From Lama guanicoe (lineage: Eukaryota): a stretch of DNA of 64,000 bases. The stretch spans positions 4,806,071-4,870,070 of the forward strand of contig MU053810.1 in the NCBI GenBank assembly GCA_013239625.1, given 5' to 3'. Of this stretch, positions 22,143 to 33,865 are shown piece by piece. The stretch's first letter is position 1. Each line of letters opens with the position of its first letter. The notes under the pieces are model-generated. The model was not told the origin of the DNA. It was given only the letters and a program-made list of their open reading frames with translations, and did no database searches. The translations under genes were made by a program, and so were the position numbers.

Positions 22143-25100
22143 GTATGTGGATGAGGTGACTTGACCGTGGCTCCCTGCCCTTCCTGTCTGGAACTCTGGC
22201 TGCGTCTCTCACAGATTCCCAAGCTAGAAAGGGCTGGAAGCGAGCCCCGTGCACCCGGGATGTATCAGCTGCCTCTCTGGCCTCGGCCACCACTTTTCCA
22301 AGATGGCGCTGAACTAGGCTCTTGGGTGCCTTTAAGACGTGTGTGAGGAAATGACCGCTGCACAAAACAACTCGGGAAGTTTATACAGAAAAACCGATTG
22401 CAAGCTTTCCTTAGCTCTGGCTGGTAGAACTTTCTTTCCTTTCTTTCAGTGTTACCAGTCTCTGCCTTCACGTGGGGTCCCATTCTTTGGCTTTCATTCT
22501 TGGGCTGATAGACCTGAAATCATGTGGCCTCCTGTCCTCCAGGCCAAGTGCCCGTTCATCTGTTTTTAAGTATTCTGAAAAGCTGGATGGTTTTGTTTCC
22601 CATTTTCTGTGGTCTCTTTGAGAAATATTTATTTTTAGGTTTTTATTTGTTAACAAATTGTCGCCATCCACCCATAGGCTTGAGGATGGGGTACAGGGCT
22701 ACACCCACATTCACGTCACAGGTGTGACTCTGCTCAAGGTGTTCATTCTAAGAACTCGTCTAATCAGAGTCATAAACACAAGTCCCAGACCCAAGTCTGT
22801 TCATAGAGTATTTCATTTTGATCCATGAATTAAGGTAGGATATTTTTGCCCATTTGATTATCAGATCACAACCTCCCTATGGCTCCAAAACACATTCACC
22901 AGTGTACCAATGGTTTTGAGCATGCCCTGGGATCTGCATTCTTCATCTGGAGTGGAGAGAGTTCTCAAACCATGTCATTTCCACCCGAGCTCTCCCCATC
23001 TGCTCTCCATGGTGATAACTGCCAACATTGAGATGCTTGGATTTTCCAGGGAAAACAGAGCTGCTGGTTGATTTGTCACACACACGAGCCCTTCCAGACC
23101 CATTAAAACTCAGGCTGGCCCGACACATCAAACAGTGTGCTTAAACGAGTTGGAGAATTTCATTCTTAGGAACTATAGATTTAGAAAGTTAGTGACTCAT
23201 GAAACGGGAGCATGGCGGTCTCCATCACTCAGTTACCCAGTGAGGACCCTCTGACTCAGATACCAGGGTGTCAAGGCTACTTGATGCTGGGCCTAAGCTG
23301 TGTTAGGCAGATGCTGGGGCCAGTCATGATAGCATTTGCCCCCAAATTATGGTATATATAACAAATAAAGTATAAATAATAAATAAATCATGGTGTAAAT
23401 AAATCACGGCCCGGTTTGGTTCAAATGGATGAGAAAGCACTAGATAATGTGAAACAAGCTTTGTAACCTGTGAAAGGTGAACAACCACTAATCATCAAAG
23501 AACTGTAGGTTTTAGGTTTGTGAACAACCCTGCATTAGCCCTCAAGAGAAGTCACTCATTTGTTCCAGACACTGAGAGCCCATCACCTGAGACTCTTTCC
23601 TCCCATCGAAGTCGAAAAATCTTTGACGCTTTCTTTGACTGAAGGCTTCTCAAAGGGCAGAGTATCTGGCTTCTTGTCACATTCGTGGTGGTTGGGTCCC
23701 AGCGTGAGTGAAGCGCTCTAACCCTAACGTAACCTTGTTCCCCTTCCTGCTGCGGGGAGGGCCCAACCTGCTGCATCAGGGAGTCAGCCAGCGGCTCTGT
23801 GGGCTCTGTCTATACCCCCCCCCGGCTCCCGCCGAGGCAGGACAGGGAACAGCTGCAGCCCCCTGAGTAATTGCGGAACCACTGTCCTGCTCCGTGTCAT
23901 CAGGCATCAGGAGAAACTGCAAAGCCCGGGGTCTGACGACCCATGGAGATGGCAAGTAGCCCTAGTAAGCAAAGCCCTGGGCATCTCCAGGGCCAGCGAG
24001 GACCGGGGTGTCTACGGCGGGAACAGTCAGCAGAGCCGGGGAAGAGCAGGCTGCGGAAGGTCCAGGCTTCTGCTCCGCTCTGATTTTAAAACCGCTGCTG
24101 ACATGTTCCCTTGGGGAGGGCGTGGGTGGTTCCTTCTGCCTGCAGTTGTTTCCAAATAATAATATTTGTTTGAAAAAAAAAAGACAGTATTTGACATTAA
24201 GAAAATATAAGGTGATTATTTGAAATTATTCATTTAAATAACTGACCTTTAATCCTGCCTGCACATGAGAATACCTTGAGGAGTTGAAAAGAAAGTCCTG
24301 CAGCGTGGAGAGTCTGACTTTATTCTCTGGGTGAGACCTGGGTAGCAGTAGTTTTTGTGTTTTTTGTTTTTAATTGGGTGTCATGTAGCCTGATTTCAAG
24401 AAACTTTGGGGCTTGGGTTACCGTCTCTCCAGCTCTAAGGATCATATACATTGTGACTCCCTATCTGTCCTGTAGACACAGCTGATGCCCTCTGTGTCTG
24501 AGACCCAGCCCCCCCCCACTCAGTGTCCCCGTGAGCGGCCATAGGTGCCTGTAACTATAATCGTTAGTTTTCAGAGACAAGTCTAGGTGGGTCAGGCAGC
24601 TCCCAGGCCGCTCAGAATCATACATCTGCTAAAGAGCCTCACTTGATCCTACATGAGCCTCAGAACAGCTCAGAGTATGGGAGTATCTGTGGCTGTTAAC
24701 AATTAATTGTTAAGGATTACTTTCATTTTAACGTTTAAAGGTTTGCAATATCTTGTGCCCTTTTATCTATAATCTCAATAAAAGTGGTTAAAAAAATAAT
24801 GAAGAGAAAAGAAGGATAGCGTCTCCTTTTGTCTGAATTCATTTACATATTTAGCATTTTTTAAAGGTCAAAGCCCTTTAAGAGAAGCCCTACTAAGCGC
24901 AAATCAGTTTCACGCAGACAGGAAGAAAGGGCATTCTTTTCCAGTTCATCTTGGTGTGGCCCAGGAAATAAAGAAGCCTTTGCCCCGGGCTTTGCCAGCC
25001 TGAACTCAAACGGAAAGCCGGTTTTTAGGGCACTGCCTCCCTGGCCCTCGCGCAGGATGGGCCTGGGTCTGGATGCGAAATTCCTCCAGATTCCCTGTCT

Positions 25101-25162
25101 GTTCCCTCTGACCTTCTTGCTACACTCGGATCCCTGTTAACCTAAGTATTTTAATTCCTTAG

Positions 25163-25282
25163 GCATTCCAGAAGTGTCCCCTTATGGATGTAAATTCAAA
25201 CAGTCATGCTGAGCAGTCCCGGGCTGACAGTCACGTTAAAGACACTAGGCCGGGGGCCGCAGTTCCACCCAAGGAGAAGAAG
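25163..25282 (+). CDS. KIAA1217: KIAA1217 coding exon, 120 nt (AFQKCPLMDVNSNSHAEQSRADSHVKDTRPGAAVPPKEKK)
   Basis: Acceptor ttttaattccttag, donor AAG|gtaacg. Phase 0 to 0. Confidence 0.9.
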
Positions 25283-28200
25283 GTAACGTGGCAGTTACAC
25301 GTTTGCCACCCAGTGGCCCGTCCTTCTTTCCTTGCTCTGACACTAACACCACTCCTGTGCTCGAGCCTCTGTGACTTTTCCGTTTCCTCCTTTTTTTTTT
25401 TCCTTCAAACTAATGGAGGCACAGTTTGGGGTTTCACCAGAGATATCTGGTTCAGGTTTCCAGAGTGGGCGCTGTGTTCCTGTGCACAGCATACAATTAT
25501 AGATGCAGAATTTAGGCATTTTCCTCCCAAACCAAAGATATACATGCACCTTTCAAGGTTTTCCAGAACAACTCTGGGGTGAGAAAAAATGGAAACGTTA
25601 ACCATGTAGGTCGCACTTATTCTAATGTTTAACTTCTCTTCTGGACCAAAGACATCCACGTTAAAAGCAGGTGAAAGCTTTAGGTGCCAGCAGAGCTGTA
25701 TCCTCGCCACCATCCACAGGTGCCTTGGTGGAAACACACACATATGTATTTGCACACATGTTCAAGGATGCCAGAGTTTGTGTTACTAATAGGAATTCTC
25801 GAAGTGTACCTCCCAAGATAGGAAGTTCGGTATAGTTTTAGTGCTACTGTACTGGGTACCACTCTCATGGTTTCAAAACAGATGTCCAAGCTCTGAAACA
25901 AAGGTCACTGTCATGACTTAAGTACTTTAGGGAAAGGACGTTAGCCTGAAGGTTTGAACTTCAACGTTGTTAAGTTGGATCTCGAGCTTTTGTGATTTTG
26001 GGATGTAGAGCCATCTTATTTGATTGAAGCCTCTGTCTAAATTTCAGGATAAAATGCTTATAATGACCAATTCAAGGCTTAACTTTTTTTTTTTCTTTCC
26101 GGCCAGGAACTTGTATCTCAGAATTCAAAGGTTTTAGCTTCCCTTAAGTAAAGCCAAACAGATCAGCCACAAGGTAGCCCAGGAGCTACTCCAAGTGGGT
26201 ACCTCAGTCCAGGCATAAGTAAGCCCAGTGAAGGAGATACAGGAGCACAAAATCGGAGGTCTGTTCTAGCACGTTCCTTCAAGAGATGCAGTCCAGGGGC
26301 TTTCCGCTCCCAGCCGTGCAGCCCCGCCACAGAGGCTGACCCGCTCCCCCGGCTCACACCATCACAGGGCCTTTGTGTAAACCCCGTCTGCGCCACGTAC
26401 CTGGCAAATGAGACTGTTAGCCAGGTGATAAGGGGGTCCCTCTCCCCGCACCTGGGGAGGTTGGAGATTGTCATTGTTAAATCTTTCTCATGAAGAAAGC
26501 CTCCTATTGCTGTGAATTGAACCCGTGACAGTCACCTTGGAAATACATTACTTTTTCAATCTGTCGTATTTCCTTATGTGGCTTTATTAAAACCAACTCA
26601 TAGAAGGCTCTGGCCTGTCCCATATTACATGACACACTTGGGCCAGTGAGACTGTGTCTTCTAAAATACTGACCGGGAACTTCTCAGAGACCCCTCTGTA
26701 GACAGTCATTGTAGAATTCTGCTCGCTTGCTGAAAAGTTGTGTGGGATTTCTTGCCCTGTGATTAGAAATCCATATTGCATCGATGACATTTATCTCCAT
26801 CAAGGGTCCATCAGATACTGAGCGGGTCTGTACTGAGTGCCCGATCCTGGGGCATTAAGACACTAGGTTGAATTACAGGTGCTTGTTCTGGATAATTATA
26901 CTCAGTAGATTGATGCACGTCATGAGAACCGTGACTCAGACTTGTCCCCAAATTGTTGTCATTATTAACCTCTTCCTGGGCTATTCCTCTGCTCTTCTGT
27001 AAATTAAATGTTTCTTGGAGTTTTTCTCCTCTCATCATCAAGTGCTACCCTAGTACTTACTCTTATGCAATTTTTCTATAACTTATGTCTCTGATTTTGA
27101 TTTGTTGCCCAAATGCATATTGTCCTTGCTTTACCAGTTGTCTGAACAACCCAAATCTCAGGACCTAAGAACAGATATTAAAGAGGTTTAATCAGCTCTC
27201 ATGCAGTGACCTGACTGTCTAAGACTGTCTGAGACTACATGACAATTGTGAACAGGTGACCCTGGATAAAGTTAACGTGCTTGCTTTGATTCACGCCTTC
27301 ATTTTTCCAGCCCAGGGCCAAAAATGCTAGATCACATGGAGGCTAAACTTGACATGTTTCTCTTAGTGACTTCCCTGATGGAGTATTCCTGCTGCCAGAG
27401 CCAGTTTAAAGTCCATATATTGCTGGGTGGCACCTGAAATAGTTAACGATGGTGTCACCCAGCCTCGGCCAATCAGGTCGGATGCCAAGCCCTAACCCCC
27501 CGTAAGAATATCAGCTGATGCCAGTTCCTCCTTTGATTCGAGGATCGGTTCACACTCAGGTCCTAGTTCGACCTAGGCGAACTCCCTGTTTGGAGTGGAA
27601 ACTTCAGGCCGAAACCTCATTTCTGTTTCTTCTTATAACCTTTTACTTGATGCCTTGGTTGTTGAATCTAAACATAAAATCCCACAAAAGAGATTATGTT
27701 GTTCAACTGCAGGAGCGGAATCTTACTGCCCTGGTTGGGGGTGCTGGGTGGGGGGCGAGAGGAGGTTAAAAATAGGACCTCGGTGTCCGTGATTAATACT
27801 GGCATTGTCTGTGTGTGTTACTCCCTGAATGTGTACGAACATTCTTTCCCTTTCTAACCGGGCAGTAGGATGGCTCTGGCTTGTCTTCGGTGGGGCCTGG
27901 GTCCTTGTGCTGGGTTCTTGTGCTTCGTCATGTTGTCATTGCTTTAACCCAACAGCCTTCTTGGGATCGTGTCCCATTCTGCTCTCACCTCTTCCTCTTG
28001 GGCTTCTGCAGCAAGAAGAAAGGACAGCTGTGCCTTGGAAGTGACAGGGCATGGCTAGTGATAGCTTTGTGGCAGGGGCCCGAGGCTACTGGTCCAACCC
28101 ATGCCGGAAAAGGCCGTGCTTCCTGGGGGAGCACCTTCCATGCCTGGTCCTCCCTGCTGGCTGGGTTCTTACCTTCTGAATCCTGGTGAGAGCCCTCAGA

Positions 28201-29081
28201 AATGCATCTTCCCTCTGCATGAGAGCACACAGAGAATCAAAGCTGAAGCATGATGTCACAGTCTCCACTTGAGTCTCAAATTTCTGTTCTGTAAATTGTT
28301 TAGATGACATTTTGACAGCCTTGTCACTCTGCATTTGGATTTGATCATCTTGGCTATTATTAGTATGAAGGTTATTTTGACACTTTACTTGGCAAGTGCA
28401 AGTACAAACTGCAAGTATGTTTTCCAATCTGTGATTCAACCAGGGAAAAATAATGTGGGGTTTTTTTCCCCATCTCCAAGTACCACACCCAACCAATGCA
28501 GAGCTCTTATAGGAAAATTCCCATAAAAGAAGCAGAGATGAAACTGAAATAACTAGCCGGCAGAGATGCAAAACTTTTCCTGGTCTAGTTTCCTTGAAGC
28601 AAGAAAACTGAGGCCCAGGAAGGATGTGAAAGGACTTGCCTAAAAATAATAACACAGTTCAGTGGCAGATCTGGGTTAGAATCAAAATCTGCCTGCTGAT
28701 ACAGGTGTGCTTCCAGCAATGCCCCCGCCCCTACTCTTCTGGTTTTAGAGTCTGCTAAGCTCACAGTCAGATGTTGAAAAGAGGACGTGCTGGTACAGAA
28801 CCCGTCCCTTTATTCTCTTAACTGCTCCTCCCAACACAGTGTCAAATCCTTGAAATATTTGGCTAATTGAGATTTTCATCTTGTACAAACACAGGGCATT
28901 TTTGGAAGTTGGAGAACCAAGCAAACCAAGGTAAACAGAGCTGTAGGCTTTGGACTGGTGTGTTACAAATGTGCTTGGCCCGCATGTTTTGGAAGTGTAA
29001 TTAAAGGAACAGTCTAGGTATAGTGTCCACTTGGGGGGGATGTGGTTTTGTGGAGTAACATGTCCTACACTGTTCTACCAG

Positions 29082-29159
29082 AATTTGGAATTTTTCCATG
29101 AAGATGTACGGAAATCTGATGTTGAATATGAAAATGGCCCCCAAGCGGAATCCCGGAAG
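29082..29159 (+). CDS. KIAA1217: KIAA1217 coding exon, 78 nt (NLEFFHEDVRKSDVEYENGPQAESRK)
   Basis: Acceptor ctgttctaccag, donor AAG|gtgagt. Phase 0 to 0. Followed by a 112-nt intron. Confidence 0.85.
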
Positions 29160-29271
29160 GTGAGTTCACCAGACGTGTGTTCCAACCGCTACCGTGTAGA
29201 TTCATGCCCGCCCTTTGCAGATCCGCTTCTGATCACTATCTGTGTTTTCCCTCCTCCACCCTCCCTCCCAG

Positions 29272-30873
29272 GTTCCCGCAGGGGCTCTCACACCTAGTGA
29301 CCATCCGAAGTGGGACAGAGGAATGGAGAATAGTATTTCTGATGCACCGAGAACATCAGAATACAAAACTGACATCTTCGTGAAGGAAAATTCCATCTCC
29401 ACCAAGAGTTTGCTTAGAGACGGTAGAAACTATTCCCAGAAAAATGTGTCTAAGGTCAATTCTAGTTTCTCTGGTGTTAGTTCATTAGAAGATGAAATCA
29501 ACAAAGGACCTACGATCCCAGGGCTGCAGTATCCTGTTTCTGACACTGAGAATCAGAAGATGAATTACGGGAAGACGAAGAGGGGGAGTCAGCAAGGACA
29601 AGAAAATACAGATAAGGGCCACCTTCCCTCTCCCACTAGATCAGCTGAATCGACGATTCGTGATGTCAAAACGCAAGACCAAGAGGTTCCTGTGACAGAG
29701 TTTGGCCAAGTTATCTTAAGACCCAAGGGAGCAAGGCATGCTAACGGGACCCCTAATGAGGATGGGGAATCAACAACAAGTTCTCCCACTGAGGAAAATG
29801 CAACCACCGACAACATTGCCTTCATGATCACCAAAACCGCCGTCCAAGTTCTCTCCAGTGGAGAGGTCCGAGATATAGTGAGCAAACAGGGAGAAGATGT
29901 ACAGACAGTCAACATTGATGCCAAAAAAGAGGCGACTTCCCCGCAAGAAGGCACTGAAAGTGAAGAGCCGGTCGTGTGCCTCGACAAGAAACCTGTGATC
30001 ATCATTTTTGACGAACCCATGGACATCCGGTCTGCATATAAGAGACTTTCAACCATATTTGAGGAATGCGATGAGGAACTGGAGAGAATGATGACGGAGG
30101 AAAAGATAGAGGAAGAGGAAGAGGAGGAGAATGGAGATCCTGTGGTCCAGAATAACACTTCCCAAAAGGCTCCTAAGGAGGCTGTCTCGGGCAGCCTCGG
30201 ATCAGGGCCGCAGGCTGAGAGTAAATTACAGCCACACTTCCTTTCAGCAGAGACCGGACTGTCAGGAGGACAGGAGGTGAATAAAACTGAGCCGAGCAAG
30301 TTCAGCCAAATCGATTCGCTAAGCTCAGAAAACCAGGGGGACGTGACTGATGACCAGTCTGAAAGCCCCAAGAAAAAGTTCAAATTCAAATTCCCGAAGA
30401 AGCAGCTCGCCGCTCTCACCCAAGCCATTCGCACGGGAACCAAGACGGGGAAGAAGACCTTGCAGGTGGTGGTCTACGAAGAGGAGGAGGAGGACGGCAC
30501 TTTGAAGCAGCACAAGGAAGCCAAGCGATTTGAGATCAGCAGATCTCCATCTGAAGACAGCCCTAAGAATCTGCTCGGGAGACCAGAGCAGCCCCGTCTG
30601 GAGAGCACGGCTCTGATTTCGAGAACTGATGAAATCAGAAAAAACACCTACAGAACGTTGGACAGCCTGGAGCAGACCATCAAACAGCTGGAAAACACGA
30701 TCAGTGAGATGAGTCCCAAAGCCCTAGTTGATACCTCGTGTTTTTCCAGCAGAGATTCTGTTGCAAGCTCCTCCCACAGGGTCCAGGGGGCCGGTCCCCA
30801 GTCCTTGCTAGTCCCGGATGAAGTTCCCACTGCCCTAGAGCCCCCCTCGTCTATTCCTTCAGCCTCACGTAAG
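29272..30873 (+). CDS. KIAA1217: KIAA1217 large coding exon, 1602 nt / 534 codons (VPAGALTPSDHPKWDRGMENS...SIPSASRK)
   Basis: Core of the 559-aa ORF 29242..30921. Acceptor ccctccctcccag, donor AAG|gtatct. Contains recognisable SKT blocks (DNIAFMITKTAVQVLSSGEV, KKPVIIIFDEPMDIRSAYKRLSTIFEE, KKKFKFKFPKKQLAALTQAIRTGTKTGKKTLQVVVYEEEEE). Confidence 0.95.
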
Positions 30874-31394
30874 GTATCTTGGTCTGATGGAAAAGTGAAA
30901 AGAACCAGCTGCTTTTTTTAAATCTGCCATAATCACCGTTAGCAAAAGGTGTCTTGTGATTTACTTGCTTCCTTTCAGGTGGCTCGTTTTGTTTTGTTTT
31001 GTTTTGTTTTTTTGTCTGTTCACCATGATCCCTCTCTCTCACACTTTCTCCCTCGCCTTCCAAACAACAACAACTAGGTGTCTAACAGCTAATCGACTCT
31101 GTTTTTTACCTCTGTGGCTGACTGGTGTTGGGAAAACCGCAAGGATTTGCTGTTGAAGTGATTGCTCTGATACTCACATTAAAATCCGTTTGATCAGTAG
31201 TGGAGCAGTTTTATTCTGTTTGATTCTTCGAATTAACCTCAGTGGTGTCTCCTGATGTCCGTCTCCTAGATCTGTCCTGCATGTAGGGCTGTGGCTTCTC
31301 ACGTTGAGCTTCTCTGCACACAGTGGGGCGGCCTCGGTGACAGTCTGCTCACGAGCATCCTTTCTGTCCCCCCTCTCGCTGCTCCTTCCCACAG

Positions 31395-31517
31395 GGCTCC
31401 AGTGGGACCCCGCAGACGAGCAGGATGCCTGTTCCCATGAGCTCCAAGAACAGACCCGGAAGCCTGGACAAACCCGGCAAGCCGTCCAAACTGCAGGATC
31501 CCCGCCAATATCGTCAG
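31395..31517 (+). CDS. KIAA1217: KIAA1217 penultimate coding exon, 123 nt (GSSGTPQTSRMPVPMSSKNRPGSLDKPGKPSKLQDPRQYRQ)
   Basis: Acceptor ctccttcccacag, donor CAG|gtagtt. Phase 0 to 0. Confidence 0.9.
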
Positions 31518-32223
31518 GTAGTTTTACCTTAACCCCGATTTCGGATGGACACTCTTTGCGCTTAAGAAGCAAGTCGCTGACTTAGTTTATACCAAATATT
31601 GCGTTTTTCTTTGTAAGATCCAGTTTACGTAGACACCCTGGATCTGGGGGCCATGAAGAAAGTCTAAAAGCCTTTGTTGAACTTCTCACCACGCTTTTGC
31701 ATGCTTGCAATAATACAACATCTTTTACTTTGTGACGCCAAAGTTGACCTGTTAACACGAGGTGGCAAGCCAGTTGGTTTTACCTGGGGGAGCATAGTGG
31801 TTCATCAGAACACCTTGGGAGACCAAGACAGACAAACTGCCCTGAAAGTCACCAGTACTAACGTGTGTTGACTGCATCACACTGGAGGCCCCTTTACTCT
31901 CCGCCACGATGCCCCACCCCCACCCCACCTGGTAACACCCCCCGCATGGCCCACCCGGCACCCAGAGATGGGAGCAGGAGGGTGTGCCTGTTCTCCCAAG
32001 TGTGTTCTTCCTTCTTTTCTGCTCTGCACATCCTCAGCTCTGCACTTTGGGGGTTCCTGCCAGGTCCAGCACAGCACCACGAGACTTAGCTCAGGCCTTG
32101 AATGGTTTGGTTTGGTTTGATGTCTCATTGAATGATTCTCAGAAGGGCTGTGTTGCCAGGCCCTGTGGATTGATGGTGTTACCAGCTTCCTGACGAACTG
32201 TCTCCCGCCATCTTTATTTGCAG

Positions 32224-32718
32224 GCTAATGGAAGTGCTAAGAAAGCTGGTGGGGACTGTAAGCCTGCTTTCCCCTCCTTACCTGCTTCTAAGATTCCAGC
32301 CCTTTCTCCCAGCTCTGGGAAAAGCAGTTCTCTGCCTTCTTCTAGTGGTGACAGCTCTAACTTCCCTAATCCACCTGCTACTAAACCATCGGTTCCTTCT
32401 AACCCTCTCAGCCCCCAAACAGGACGATCTGCTCCCTCTGCCTCCCTCATCCCCTCTGTCTCTAATGGCTCCTTAAAGTTTCAGAGCCCCACTCATACAG
32501 GTAAAGGTCACCATCTCTCATTCTCACTGCAGACTCAAAATGGCCGAGCAGCCCCTCCTGCCTCCTCCTCCTCCCCCCCCTCCCCCGCCTCCCCCACTTC
32601 ACTGAATCAAGGTGCCAAGAGCGTCAGGACCATCCATACTCCTAGCCTCACCAGCTACAAGGCACAGAATGGAAGTTCAAGCAAAGCCACCCCATCCACA
32701 GCAAAGGAAACCTCTTAA
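32224..32718 (+). CDS. KIAA1217: KIAA1217 terminal coding exon, Ser/Pro-rich (ANGSAKKAGGDCKP...KATPSTAKETS*)
   Basis: Acceptor ctttatttgcag. Stop TAA at 32716-32718 (ORF 32218..32718). Confidence 0.93.
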   Translation, partial: ANGSAKKAGGDCKPAFPSLPASKIPALSPSSGKSSSLPSSSGDSSNFPNPPATKPSVPSNPLSPQTGRSAPSASLIPSVSNGSLKFQSPTHTGKGHHLSFSLQTQNGRAAPPASSSSPPSPASPTSLNQGAKSVRTIHTPSLTSYKAQNGSSSKATPSTAKETS

Positions 32719-33865
32719 AGGCCAAAATCCTATTAGGCACAAGTCGGAGTTACATTTAAGGAAAAAAAATTTTTTTAAACAGTCTTTGGCAACTGTTTTC
32801 ACAAGAGAATGTAACATATTGCTGTACTGTTTGAGGCTTAATGCTAAGTATGTGCTAAATACTGGATTAATAGATTTCCATAAAGCTTGTTTGTTGAGTT
32901 TTTTTTTTACTTTGTTGCTATTATAATTACATAGCATTTACTGTCTATATGCAATACCTGTTATATGAAGTAAGCATGTGTTACAAAAAGAGAGTTTGGC
33001 GAGAGAGAAAGGTGTGCGTGAGACAGGAAAAAAAAAAGATGTACTAAGCATGTAAAACATGTATGATTCCAGAATTTTAGTATGTTTTGTATAAAAATAT
33101 TTTTCATTACGGAGACTAGAAGTGAACAGAGAAATACACAAGTGTGACTATACAAATTGTAAAACAGATACTATAATATTTCCTTTTATTTTAGTGTTAT
33201 TTAGCTTTATTACAGATTTCTATTTTTGTCAAAACTTCATGGTTCCTTTCAAGATCTTTTTTGCCAAAACATTTTGATACTGTAGCATTGTACATTTGGA
33301 AGTAGCGTGCTAGACAGTAAGCTAGTGAAATTCCACACAGGCCAACAAAGGCACATGTAGAAAGCAATTATCAACCCTGTTGCACTGCCATGAAAACTAT
33401 GTATGATCATTTGCCAGCCCAAGCAAGCTAGTTTTCTTTGCTTTTCTTTCTTTTTTTAAAACATGTTGGGATTCTCTAGTTTTCTTTTGCAGTATCTAAA
33501 TCCTTTGTTTTGTGAGACATGGTAACCCACACTATTGCATTGTGGATTTTAAAATGTACACTTCTGTACGGTTCTGTAAACTGGTAACTTTTTTGTAAAT
33601 ATATAAATAGACACCAAAAGTACTGTATGTGATAGCACACAGAGTAGTTTTCCCACACCAAAGTTAATTTTTATGCATGCTTTAAAAACATATATTGGGA
33701 AGGGCAGAAATGGGACTTCACGGACATTTTTAAAAAGCACCAAGTTTGCACAGCTAGAGTGTTTTTGTAAATAAATGTATTTGTATAACACAGTCATGTA
33801 AAATACAGAACTATAAGCAGAGACTTTGCAAAACTAAATAAAGGGCTGCATGCTTATTATTTTTT
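32719..33865 (+). other. KIAA1217: KIAA1217 3'UTR (end approximate)
   Basis: AT-rich stretch with no obvious repeats after the stop. AATAAA at 33770-33775 and 33837-33842, the latter followed by a U/GU-rich tract. Confidence 0.75.
33837..33842 (+). terminator. Polyadenylation signal AATAAA (KIAA1217)
   Basis: Canonical hexamer with downstream ttattattttttgtgccttgttttt. An alternative hexamer lies at 33770-33775. Confidence 0.7.

Noticed and set aside
29589..30443. 284-aa antisense ORF
   Set aside because: Shadow of the KIAA1217 1602-nt exon. The Ser-rich translation mirrors Glu/Asp codons on the sense strand.
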